A stretch of DNA of 64,000 bases from Rhodosorus marinus CCMP1338 (GCA_029953675.1 JAMWBK010000004.1:1426001-1490000), one strand, 5' to 3'; numbered from the stretch's first letter, positions 10,204 to 22,351 are shown. Notes: generated from the letters alone by a model not told the origin. A program made the numbers and translations.

Positions 10204-13200
10204 TTACCCACCCAACCCCCACCCGCTCCGCTTTCTCCTTCAGCTTTGGACGCCCTAGCAAAAGTCGTCAACCTTTCTTCCACAACATATCACTAAATAC
10301 CAAGGCGCGTAAACAGGAACCGAATCAAAGTTGTACCAGCAGCCTCCTTTATATCCAGCAAGAAAAGGCCCCCTCAGTCATAACCCGACCCCCCCCAAAA
10401 AATTCCGAAATAAAACTCTTCCTGTTTGCTTCTCTTCAGCTCAAACCGGAACCCACAGTCCAGTATCAAAGAACCCGAGAAAGCGAGAGGCGCTCCACTG
10501 ACACCCCTTTCATACTTCTCCGTCACCACTCAACTCAAAAAAAACCTCATCTCCCCTCTCCTCAACTCCTCCTCCTCCTCATCTTCAGAACGGTTCATTT
10601 ACCCTCTCACTACTTTCGCCCTCACTCACATCTACAACCCCACAACCATACCATCAATTTCAACACTTCCTCAGAATTCCCTCCTCCCCCCCCCCCCACC
10701 ACCACCGCGCGCCATCCCAGTACACTCCCCAAAGCCCCTACCCTCATTCTATCCAAATCTTGCTGCACAAATTCATCCTCAACTCTCCCTACTATACCCT
10801 CCTTGCTCTCTCTCCCGCTGCCGGCCCCCTCGGTTGTCAGCTTTCCAAAACCTCGTTATGGCTAACACCATCGCTTTTGTTCTCACCATCCAATTCTTTA
10901 AAAAAATCAATTAAAATAAACTTTTTCATAACAAATTTAAGAACACTGAAGAAAACACATTTTGAAAAGGCAATTAATATTTTAAACTATTAATATAATC
11001 TAATCGAAGAAAGTCTCCTACGATATAATTTATAATATAAACGATAATAAATGAAGACGAAATACACTTAATTGTGATAGAAATAACCTCCATAATGTAA
11101 GCAAACCAAAAATTACATAAAACAAGTATTACGGCGATCAGATTCTTTTTTCTGATGAATGGCATATGACTTAATTTTCTTTGAGTGAGGGAGGGACGCA
11201 GAAGGGCGGAGGGGGAAGAGAAATTTGCGTATCCTCGCTTCTTATTTCGTTTTTTGTTTGTTTATAGTCTCCAATGATAGGGGGGGCGTGGGAGGGAGTG
11301 GTCGGGTGGGACGGGGGGTCATGATAAAAAGCTAATTCGTTGAGAAAGGCAAGTATGTTCCGTCAAAGTTGAACAACCCCCAGTCAAAGCGGTTCAGGAT
11401 ACAACAACACCAGAAAGAACGAGTAAACATGTATTCATAATTATGTAATTAATAAGGACGTCGCACTTCAGTTGCGTTTTCTTACGGCGGAATCTTTCAC
11501 CCCACCCCCCCTCTTCCCAATGGCGGAAAGTGGTGAAAACACCCGCTATGTTTTTTGATAATTGTTTTTTGGTTTTGCCAGTCCCTGGGGACTAAGCCCT
11601 TGTACAAAAGTGGGGATATAAAGTTGGAATGAGCGCTCCCCTAGTAAGTAGATCATGGTGGGATGTTGCTGCTTGCAACTGGTAGATTTTGGAGCATTTC
11701 TGACTGTATCTCGTAGGTTCGAGCAACCCAGAAACCCCGACCCCCCTCCCTCCCTCCCGTCCTTGCTTTCGTGTACATGTTTTGTAACTGCTACCAAGCC
11801 GTAATTGCGTGTGCGAGTTAAGGGGGGGGGTCTATGCATGAAAGATTTCCTTGCCATGACGAAACAGTAAATAGTCCATAATATTGTTTTTCACCAAAAA
11901 ATAAAGATAATCCAGTAGCAAGTACCGAGGGGCGGAGCGAGTAGAAAAAACGATAAACAACAAACTAAAGTCTTTAAAAACACACATCCAAAAAATTTCC
12001 AGTGCATGCTCCCCCCCGCACAAAAAAAAAAATCCTCCCCTTCCCATCCCTCTCCCTCCTTTCCAAGGAAACTACCGGCTCGCCGTATTCGATCCACTTA
12101 AGTATTTTCGAAGTAAATGCGGTTTTCTACACCCACACATTTTCGGCGACCAAAAAAAAAAAGAAAAAAGCCTCCACCTAGAGAAAAATTGCTATTCACA
12201 CAGGCGAGGGAGCGCAGACGAAAAATCTTCCGGGACGCCCAACGTTATGAAACTGATTGGTTTCAATCAATAAATAATGTAATTTGGAAAATTATAATCA
12301 TTATCAGTCATTTACATGCGAAATCCGCTTGGGTGAGTTGGAACAGGTTCCGAAGGGGGGGGACGATGTGCTTTTCTGGGTCTCTGTATCCATTCTTGAG
12401 GTGGGTGTCGGGTCGCTGCATGCCTCGTGACCGAGTGTGGCCTTTTTGCCCGATTCGATGGATCGTCACTAAAGTTTTTCGAATCGATCTTCTACTCGCC
12501 ACGAGGTGCATTCAGCCTTCTACGACGGATCCCAAAAACCAAAGCGCTCCTCAAAAATTAAGGAATATTTCTTCTCCTTCCTTCAGGAGAATTATGTCTA
12601 TTGGACATAAAATGACAATTCCCCCTTTTTTTTCTTTGCTCGGCATTTTTTCTTCTTCCGTTTTTGGCTCACAAGGCCTTGCTGATCCTCCCAAGGGGTG
12701 CGTGCAACGAAACCTATGGTAGATGGGGTAGGAGAAGATCACCCAACATCGTTTTCTTTAATAAATAATAATTTATGTGAATGTATATTCTGTGTTTGGG
12801 CTCACTTCTCCACCCCCCTCAACTCGAAAGAGGAAGACTCAATGGTCTTCCTTTTTGGCTGTTTTGAGGCTGTGTGTTTTTTTGTTATTTTTATCATGCG
12901 TTTCGGTGATCGTCGAGGAATTTTTCCCGCTTCAAAAACATAAAATAATTTAGTGTCCAATTAAGCAAGGATTTGGCTCGAGCATCGTGGGCCTCTTTTG
13001 ACGGTCTTGTTTCAATGACATGTGCGCGAGGAACCACCGGTTTGAGCACGGACGTGTAGCGTTTGCGCAAGGAGATTTTTTGTTTTCGTCACTTTTTTTG
13101 GTGGGCGGGGGGGGGGGAGGGAGGGGATGGGTAGGTGAAATATGTATACAACGGAGTGCAAACCTCCTTACTCGACAGCTTTCCAATGCACGCGCAGCAT

Positions 13201-13249
13201 TGGTTCTTTCAGTATCAGAAGGGAAAGTCAGGGAAACCCTCCTCGCTAC

Positions 13250-14160
13250 CCCAGAGTTCTAAAACCAAAAAGCGGGGACAATCCACAAGTCCACACGTAA
13301 CGCTCCTATCAAAAGCTATGCAATCCTTTGCAAAGTGTCCTCCTGTTCCGTTGAGCTCGCGCGTGTCGCTCAGCTCTTTAGTCCAGTTCAGTAAATGCGT
13401 GAGCAGTCTCACAAGATCTCTTCGCTAGTTCGACCGATACGGCAAGAAGTCTCGATCGCCAGTAGAAGGAAACTTTGCGTCCGGCTTTCTGATGGACATC
13501 GCCCCCTTTCAGTGCGCCTCTTTAGAATTTTCTGCGAGTTACGCCACGTAGCTATTCATTGCCCAGCTCGTGTTTAGGTACTTCCCGTTGCAGAGCGAGA
13601 TTACGGTAACATCCCCCAGGGCAAACAATTGGAAGGTCTCGGATCGGTGGCAAGAATATCCGGATGCAGTTCTCGAAGTAGTTTTCCGGTTCTGGCTTAT
13701 TATCAATATAGAGTTTCAGCAGTTCAACAAATGCCCCAGCTCGGTGCAGAACTCCTCGAACCTGCGCTGCCAAAGTTCAGTCGTGGAGGGACAAGGGTGG
13801 AAACCCCGAAACCAGGAATTAGTTCAGCATGTGCTACGGGAAGTAGCGCTCGTCGAAGCCGCACGAAATCCCGGGATAAACGTCTGTCGGATGATCTCTA
13901 GGCATTTTTTTCTGTTCCCGCAGGACCAAAATTCAATTTAACATCGTTTTTTCTACTCAAATACAGGAAAATAAATGGGAGTACAAGGGAACGCGTTTCC
14001 GCCTTGGAATGAAGGGCCCCCCTTTGCAGAACGTTTGTAGTACTATTACTGCCCTGGAGGGAGCTACGACACGAGGAGCGTATGGAGACGTTCAATCTGG
14101 GAAACTCAGTTGAGGAGTACCTTCCCGCAGGTTTGCTCGAGACGCACCGGGCTTGTTCCA
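13250..14160 (-). mobile_element. Fossil CRE/R2-like non-LTR retrotransposon 3' region (zinc finger plus restriction-like endonuclease)
   Basis: Ordered motifs across frameshifts and stops: C...HMLN* (13819-13833), LHD*..LHRAGAFVE (13785 down), HPDIL (13652-13666), GDVTV (13602-13613), AENSK (13521-13535), FLLLAIET..R.G (13448-13462). Confidence 0.7.
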
Positions 14161-14329
14161 AAGAGTTTTATTTGGGTTGCTTGTATAGTGGCTTTATTCG
14201 TGTGTTCAGAATGCACGGAGCGCTGCACTGCATGCTACTGGCTGTGGACTAAGAACCGTTGACTTTGGATGGCTGAGGTTTTTATTCCATAACGGGTTTC
14301 CCATAAGGGTGAGTGCAAAAAATTGTATG

Positions 14330-15200
14330 AGGTGCTTACTGTACGATTTGAAAGACTTCAAAAAAAACACGGCCTCACCTTCAAGAAAGCCCTCGTCGTC
14401 CTTAGCAAAATCTCTGAGACCTTGTTTGTCTTCCTCACCATCATGATCTGTGCCTGGGTCGCAGGTGTTCTCCATCTTGTCATTGCCCTCAGATCCTTCT
14501 TCAGATTCATCGGCAGATTCTTCGTCAGCTTCATCAGACTCAGAACTATCCTCGGCACCCTATTTATCGTCAGGAGAGACTCACATTACCAAGCACCACG
14601 TCCCGACATGCCTTCATTGGACGACTCCTCCGATCCAAGTCAACCATGTGGGCTTCGTACGCCCCATTTCAGGGTCTCCAACTTTCGAAGCTTCGCGACT
14701 GTCATTCTGTTGCGTAGCTTCGTATGTAGAGCCTCGTCGAAGACCACAATCGCTCACAATTTCTTGCATGTGGACAGAATCCTGTCAAGGCACGGCCCAA
14801 GTTCGCGATCTCTGGAGCCTTTCCTTCGCGCAGGGACCGAACGTTGAACGGATCAAGAACTGCGTGGTCCCAGCAAGCAAGATTCAGGGGCAAACGGGCC
14901 AATCTTCAGATCAAAGATTTTGATCTGATCCCGAAGTTCCTCGTCTCCAGGAACGTACACATGCTTGCTCGCTAAACAACATTTCGTACAGACTCACCGC
15001 GACCAAGCAACACAGGTTGTTTCTCCGGTGGAGACATGCCCACACCCTCAGGCGGGGATCAAGCACCCAACAAACGTATGATACTGGACCACGTCCTTTC
15101 CTCATCCGCTTCTCTATTGCCGTTAAAAACGACTTCGGCTTGATCTTCATTTCCGATGATTACGTCCTCTATTACGATTCTATTTTGAATGAGAACCCAC
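14330..15200 (-). pseudogene. Degenerate hAT transposase C-terminal half with dimerisation domain and acidic tail
   Basis: VLDPR (about 15051-15064), EELRDQIKIF..GPF, APEIANLGRAL..CPHARNCERLWS (14741-14761), frameshift to LHTKLRNRMTVAKLRKL (14703-14726), then an Asp/Glu-rich tail. Confidence 0.8.
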
Positions 15201-15736
15201 CCCCCTCCGGGTCGGAACCCCCTCGTTGGCAGGTACATACCGCACAAAAAATATTCAAAAAGCATAAAAAATTTAAAAATGTTAAAAGTATACAAAAGAT
15301 ATATGAAAGATTTTAAGTATAAAAGTATAATCTTCCCAGGGGTCATCACAAAGAATTGGAGTTCGCACCCCCCCCCCCCCCACCCTCCTCTTTGCCACGC
15401 CAATCTATTGTTGTCACCACTCATATGCAGATGTCTGAAAGGGAGGAACTACCCTGCTGGTAAATATATCAACTACCAGGTAAACGGAAACCAGAAATTA
15501 ACCACCAAGGCACGCGAGAGCTGGAGTCACAGTAATTAAGCAAAAAAATTTTAAACACTTAATGGGGGGGGAACAAAAAAAAGACTTGATTGGCAAGAGG
15601 AATCGAGGGTTGTCGCACCCGAAAGAAACACCGGTAGCGGAGCTGGGTGGGTGTTCTTCAACGGGCATGGTGGGCCTTGACCTGAAAAAACACCGTGCGT
15701 GGTTCTGCCTACCTCAAGAGGGGTTCTCATTCCTCT

Positions 15737-16048
15737 GGCGATTGCACGATTCGGGGCTGGAATTGAGAGCAGTAATCCGTGGAGGCCGGTTTTTTTTGCC
15801 AGGACTTACCAAAGCATCGCGAACGATTGAGAAGAACATCAGTCATGGAAAATTAGTCATGGACAATCAATCAACCTTCCCGATTGGAGGTTTGTAAATG
15901 ACCAACTGGCCTGACAAAGCCAGTGGTCATCGAGCGCTTCGGTTGTGTGAAGCGGGGTGGGCTGGAAAATCTTGGGAGCTATTCCCAGGGTACAGCCTCA
16001 TTTCTCAGGCTGAGGAGTCAAATCGCTGTCCAATCGCTGTCGAAGGGA
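15737..16048 (+). mobile_element. Possible second RLE-type non-LTR fossil
   Basis: GDCTIRGW (RPADI.IRGW-like), KPVVIERFG and FLRLRSQIAVQSLSKG resemble the RLE C-terminal motifs PLAIETFG and FQRLSIALQRG. Heavily frameshifted. Confidence 0.4.
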
Positions 16049-16328
16049 GAGGAATGGGAAGGAAGAAGGGTGCGGAGTGAGACTCCTCCAGCTAAGTGAC
16101 TGCGTATGTAGAAGATGAAGGACGGAGAGTGAAGCAGGTCCGGTCCCAACGAAAGGGATGTCCCGAGACTGTAAGATGTGAAGGGGATCGGATGCCAGGC
16201 ACGTCTGAGATCCTGTTCCATAGCCTCAACACCTATGCTCGGAGGTTCAGGAGTGGGTAGGAGCTGAGAACGTGGCGTCAGTATTGGCATCACGCAGGGT
16301 ATCGCACATTACACGTCCCCGGCAACAG

Positions 16329-16504
16329 GTTCCATAAGGACGAAATGAAGGAGTTGCTTGTGAGTCAACCTGATTGACTACAACATTGCGTTCCGATCCG
16401 TCGATGGGGACAAGTTCCATAAGGACGAAATGAAGGAGTTGCTTGTGAGTCAACATGATCGACTACAACATTGCGTTCCGATCCGTCGATGGGGACAAGT
16501 TCCA
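16329..16504 (+). repeat. 85-bp tandem duplication (2 copies)
   Basis: gttccataaggacgaaatg... recurs at 16329 and 16414, with gttcca again at 16499; about 2 mismatches. Confidence 0.95.
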
Positions 16505-16881
16505 CCGGTGCGCATATGTTTTACTTTTCCTCCAGCTATTTAAAGCGTTTGTTAACCGCAGAGTTTCGTTTCCCTCTGGTTACCAGAGTCGATCAACAAG
16601 GGGTTCAACTGTCCTCCTACTAATATTGTATTCCTATATCTCGCACTGACGGAGGGTCCAGGCTGCACGATATCTTCCCATGTCTGCACAACGTCGTGGT
16701 GCTGTCCCTGGTTCAATGCGACAAATGAAGGAGTCTCAGTACGCGGAGGCGATGACTCATCCAACCTTTTGGGACTCGGCGCTGTCTCATCGGTTTTGTA
16801 CCGCTGATCATCGAGTGCTTTGTATTTAGAGAGTGTTGCTTGTCTCTGGATTCGTCTTGTTTTTCACAATGCACCGGGCCG

Positions 16882-17131
16882 TCTTGACTGCCTCCTCACG
16901 GAGCTTTCTCTGACTCTCTCGCGTTCGAATGCTGCTTTTTTGTTGGACGCGCGCATCAGCGCATCCCTTTCCGCTCCTCAGGGTAGCTGATCTCTGAATA
17001 AATTGTTGTTGTTGACGAAGGGTATATAGTGTGCTAGCCACTCCGTGATCAGAGGGGTTGCTCGAGTAAATTCAACGGTTAATGCGCCTCCACGGGTCTC
17101 TATAGCTCCGTAAGAGCTTCCAGTTCCAACA
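16882..17131 (-). mobile_element. Internally deleted copia LTR (about 17010-17131) followed by a PBS-like site and 5' leader
   Basis: The minus strand begins tgttggaactggaag like the 6740-6976 LTR; 17035-17102 matches 6849-6917; the leader 16882-16988 matches 3552-3659 (17-bp identity agctaccctgaggagcg). Confidence 0.72.
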
Positions 17132-17296
17132 ATATGTAAACACCTGCAAACACATGACCGCGGACCACGTTCCACCTTCATATTGTCGTCAACTATTCCG
17201 CAGATACTTATTCCTCAGATCGAAATCTGCGTAATAGTTGACGACAATATGAAGGTGGAACGCGGTCATGTGTTTGCAGGTGTTTACATATTGTTG
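17127..17296. repeat. 170-bp near-perfect palindrome (about 72-bp arms, 19-nt loop)
   Basis: 17127-17205 versus 17225-17296 differ by one mismatch and one 7-nt indel. Confidence 0.95.
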
Positions 17297-18091
17297 AAGT
17301 GTGCACGGCTGGAGACACATGGTGCTCCCGGCATTGGGCACCTTTTTTACTAAATTATCGAAGAAAAACGAAACACAAAATTTGTTTTTGGAAAATGTAT
17401 AATGTCGTACACAGAAGTCCAGAAGTTTTTTGGACAGTGTGAAATAATTTCAAAAAAGTTAACCAAAATTAGTTCGGTAATTTTCTGATTGACTCAACCC
17501 CTATAGAATGGTCTCTTTTGCATTTTATTTGTTTTTTATGAATATATGTTCAGGTTTTCGAAGGTAGCTTTCGGTTTGCTAAGGTGTATGCGGATTTCCT
17601 CGGGATTGAGTGCAGGTTGAGAGGGCTATAGTAACTGTAAACTTTACTCGGCAACTGCCTAATGCAGCGCAACACTAATTCTATCAACCCTTGCTGAGGA
17701 TAAGTGGCAATTCTTCATGGGAACTGTGAGTGCAGTGATCGGAGGGCTGGCCCCACGCCTGGACGTAGTCTCCCAAATAACGTGTTGTCGAAAACGGAGA
17801 CGGTGATAACGATTGATTCTCACTTGGGAGGTCTATCGCATTAATCAGACCTCACCTCTCAATCCAGCTGGATAAGGAAACTAGCCTCAAGGATCTAGGA
17901 CGCATGAGTGATACTAGGTTTCTTACTCATCTGTACGTAGGTCTATGATGATCTTGCTTCTGTAATCAGCTCTATAGATTCAAATTCGATAGATGCCCAC
18001 CCCTGAAGCTACAGATTGGACGACCTGTGTAATGCTTTGCCCGAACTAGAATCTTGTTACGCTAGCCGGTGGAGAGTCCGGTGATGTTATA

Positions 18092-18240
18092 GAGTTTTTA
18101 CTTTTTGAAAGAATTCCGCGGATATTTATGCTATTGACAATGAGTTTACTCTTTGAAAGAATTCCACAACGGATATTTATGCTATTGACAATGAGTTTAC
18201 TCTTTGAAAGAATTCCGGATATTTACGCTATTGACAATGT
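18092..18240 (+). repeat. Three tandem 46-51 bp units
   Basis: gagttt..ac(t)(t/c)tttgaaagaattcc[gc/acaac/-]ggatattta(t/c)gctattgacaat, three copies. Confidence 0.95.
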
Positions 18241-19337
18241 GTTTTCGTCGTGTAATTACTCCACGTCTGGCGAACGGGGCAAAATTATAGAGAAACGAGG
18301 GAATGGACGAATAGAAATTTATAACCAGCGATTGCAGTTCGAACTTTGACGGTATGGCACCTTTGCCCCCCCACCCCCCCCACCCATAATCCCATTATTG
18401 CTTCAGCATTCCCAGGCATAGTCTTATTCGCTCGCCTTGACCGGGTCTCCATCAAGAACCCACAGAACAGCTGAAAAGGACTATGCGTCCCTCTTAATCA
18501 TCGTAATCATAGAGGCCGCCCATAAAATCTTGAGACGTTTGGAGATTGAGATCATTGTGAGATGGTCGTCCAGACCTGCAAGGCCTTCGACTAAGCAGCT
18601 ACAATATTGGGAGAGCTTCGGAGAGAAAGGACCATCTCTATTTAACCGAATGCCCTCGGTCGCCAAGTTGATCTAGCAGAGCTTGAATTTTGACCGCGCA
18701 TTGGCAGTTTGAAGATAGCTACTACGGTCAAAAAAGTATGAAGGTCGCGACCAAAATCCGGCTACTGGCCGTTGTCAATTACATTGTAAATACACGGAGG
18801 CGAGGGCTTGGTTTTCATTCTGTAGATTGAAGATTAACCGCTCGGGGAACCACTTTTCGAGTTGGTTTGTGAATATGAGCATGGTTGCCTGTGACCCGTA
18901 ACAGCGTTCAGCAAGGGACAACGGCAACATGCCTGCGGAGGTCTTAGCTCAGAAATGCGGAATTCTCGCATTGGCCAAGTGTACCATTGGATCACATGTT
19001 ATGGCTCAAGGTGTGAGCCTCAAAAGCTCACAAACCCATACAAAGTTCAAGCGATCCCGCTCAGCACGACAGGCTGATCGCAACAGAGTTTCTCACCCAA
19101 GTCAAAGCTACTCGTTCTTATTCTGACCCCGGAGTTTCTTGATCCCCAACTAGGCAATCTCTAAAGACAAACCGCCCTACCTCCGTACTTCGCTCACAGA
19201 ACAGGAAACCTTGGTCCGGCGAAGGATAATTCACACTACGCTCATGGCGAGTACAGTAAAGCTTGAACGAATTCCTTGCTCAGCTTGCACCAGCCTAGAT
19301 ACGATTCGAGGATCTGGACAGGGGGCATCCGCTACCA

Positions 19338-20262
19338 TCAAGTACTCATCAACGGTTTCCGAAGCAAGAACATAGGCGATAATCCCAAAAACCTCTTCCA
19401 TGCTGGGTCCTTATAAACAATGACGTATCCTTGCGACTCGTAAAACTGAACTGCATGCTTGTTTTTCACACCGACATGAAGGAAAATCTTGTCGTATCCC
19501 CAATTCATTGCTTGCTCCTCGCAGTGCTTCACCAGCATGGTTCCCAGGCCTTTCCGCCTTGCCATGGTGACGACGCCGAGGTTCTGCAGGTAAGCAAAGT
19601 ATGTCGTTCCGAAGAGCGGTGCATTCCCGGCTCCCGGCAGGTTCTTCTCAAGAGTCAGTTCAACCACACCATGGATATCCCCTTCGCAGAAGACAAACAC
19701 TAAAGACTTAGATACTCTGGGAAACGTCACCGCTGCCTTCACAACGTACAGACCTTCTCTGGAAGCGACAACATAGGTCTCCAAGACCTTTGAAAACATG
19801 ACTCTGAACCACCTGGAAAGGGCAACTTCAGCTGGATTTTTTGATATCGACGAGTTCAGGTTTAGCATAGCTTCCGATTCTTCTCTGGCGTTCTGCAAAA
19901 CGCACCTCGTATTCTTCTGGATATTTTGGAATTTGATTCTTCCGCGGCGTCGAAGAAGGCTTCGGCGCAGACCGAAGAGAACTTTGACGTTTCCTAGACA
20001 GGCGATTGAAAAAAATTGGGCCGATTTTTTTTTTTTTCAGGGCACAGATCCAAAGAAAGGCTTTGTTCGGAAACTTTCTTGTCATCAACGGACTTACATC
20101 GCCCGTGATCTCCCGAACGGCGTACTCCAGCGCAGTCCTTCTGGAATCCACCGAAGACTTCACGGCTCGAAGCTGCCTCCCGAACCGAAGAAAGTTTAAG
20201 GAAGGTGCAAACGATGGAATCAAGGCGCTTGAAGAACACTTGCAAAGTGCATAAGAGTCCAT
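19338..20262 (-). CDS. GNAT-family N-acetyltransferase, probably plastid-targeted; 2-3 introns
   Basis: AYLQNLGV..ARRKGLGTMLV (acetyl-CoA motif A), LHV..KN..AVQFYESQGY. The Ser-rich N-terminal exon is joined via gtaagt..ctag and gtgcgt..ccag introns. Confidence 0.85.
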
Positions 20263-21010
20263 CGCATGAATTCTAGCTCTTTACTCTCCCAACATCCCTC
20301 GCAAGTAATCTCAGCTGGTAACGTGCTCTATGCTTCATCAAACTCATTGTCTAAAACCTCCGAGGAGCCGATGAAGAGGATTATCTAGTGCGAAATGTGA
20401 ATGCTTTAGTCTCAAACTGCTCGATTTGTTTTGTTCGAAAGGCGAACTAGGGTGCTTCGCCATACCTAAGCAGGTCTACTGGGTTGCGTGCTGAGGTTTG
20501 TTTTGATCGAAGAGGGATACCAAAAAAACAACACCAGTGGGACAGGAAAGACGGTTCAACGCCCAATTTCAGCGCCAGCAAAAAAAAAACGCAGACAGCT
20601 TTGGGAACAAATGCGAGGCAGTTGTTTTCATTCACCCTAAACTCGTCAACAATAGTCGAGCTTTAAAGTCCATGGTCCGAGGGCGCCATCCAGCAAACGC
20701 ATCGGTCCATCCAAAGAAAAGTTTTTCGAACTTCCCAGCAACATGCGTACTACATGTACTAAAACTGTACAAAACAAATCGTACTAACAACAAATTCGGT
20801 TGAAAAAGGACAGGCTGTCCTCTCACGAAAATCTTAGCAATGCAGAAAAAATCTGGATCGATCAGGAGTGACTGATCAGTACTGTTAGTTAGACCACAGG
20901 TGTAGGGAGGGTGGAGCTGTTGAACCGGAGAGATAGGGTCTAGTGAAAGTCTGGATAGAAAGACTTGTCTTGGAATAGATGTTACAGGTGGTTGTAAAGG
21001 ATTACAGACA

Positions 21011-22351
21011 ATGGTAGGTTTCGTGACGACTGGTCTTCGCCTGCGAACTTCTGGGAGGGAGAAGTTTGGCAAGGGGCTGTGCACTGTGCGGATGAGCTCC
21101 GACGCGATGAAAGAAAACAAAGTGAGTCTCTACCCCTAGCAGTGCATTGTTTTCTCTTGATGAGGGAGCTAGTTTTGTCCGTAGCTACTTATGAGTCTGT
21201 CTTTTATGATCCCCAAAGATGCTGCATGTTGTCTATCGAGTTGGAAACATTGAAGCCACGAAGAAGTACTACACAAAGTGCTTTGGGATGAAAGTCTTGA
21301 GGGAACGGGATGTACCGGATGACAAGTACACTAATTGCTTCCTTGGCTACGGATCAGAAAGGCGGGGCGAGCATTTTTCGATTGAGTTGACATACAACTA
21401 CGGTGTTGACAAGTACGATCTTGGAAACGGCTTCAAGTACGTAGGTAGGGCTATCTTGAAATATCACCCCTATCAAAGACCTGCGAACTCTTTCCATCGA
21501 AGCCATTAACTGTTCTCAACCTGCTGCCCCAAAGGCATTTCCGTACCGGACGTCGAGGCTGCTGTGACCCAAGTCAACGAAAACAATGGAAAAATCATCG
21601 ACGACTCTGAGATCCCTGCTTCAGCCGTGGCCGAGGACACTGATGGGTACAGGTTTCAATTGGTACCTGGCCAGCAACGTGATCCCGTTTCGAAAGTCAG
21701 CTACAGCTGCACTAACATTGAGAACTCGATCAAGTTCTATGAAACAGCGCTCGGGATGACATGCTTTCAATCCAGTGGTTCTTTGGCGAAGCTCGGATAC
21801 GGCGCAGAGAAGGTATTAGATTGTGCTGCTGAAAACAACCTGTTATCGTCCATTTCTAATTGGTGGCTACATTCCTTCCGGCGGATTCGCGACAAAGGAC
21901 TCTACTATTGTAGAACTGGTTCATTCGGATAAGGCAACTGAGGTTGGTGATGGCTATGGACAAATCGCTATTTCGACACCTGACGTTTACGCCGCCGCTG
22001 ACTCTATAACAAAGTCAGGCTTCGAGGTAACACGGGCACCAGGACCTGTTCCTGGAATCGGAACGAAGGTCACTGCTGTCCGAGATCCTGACGGTTTCAA
22101 GGTGGGTGATTGCAAGAGAACATATCGCTGATCGACTAATTAGCTGTCTTCGCTTTCCATCGATGCCGTGCACTGATTATTATCCCAATAAGTTTTAATT
22201 TAGTCCCAATATTTCTCCCGCCTCCCTCTTTTCGCTGGATGTGAACGCGTTTCCATTTATGATCCCGCTGAAAACGCGCCCCTCAATTTTCTCTGTTCTC
22301 CTTCAGATTGTACTGGTGGATGCCGAGGATTTCGAATTGGAATTTGATTAG
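21011..22351 (+). CDS. GLO1: Two-domain glyoxalase I (lactoylglutathione lyase)-like protein, plastid-targeted
   Basis: MVGFV transit peptide; MLHVVYRVG, IELTYNYG, DTDGYRF, GYGQIAIS, DPDGFKIVLVD; four GT-AG introns. Confidence 0.9.

Noticed and set aside
10900-11200. AT-rich hydrophobic ORF (10974-11165) as an organelle DNA insertion
   Set aside because: No recognisable plastid or mitochondrial gene; the hydrophobicity follows from AT-rich codons.
11500-13200. ORFs 12117-12722, 12308-12511 and neighbours
   Set aside because: Homopolymer-rich sequence with Lys/Phe/Pro bias from composition; no domain or consistent splice model.
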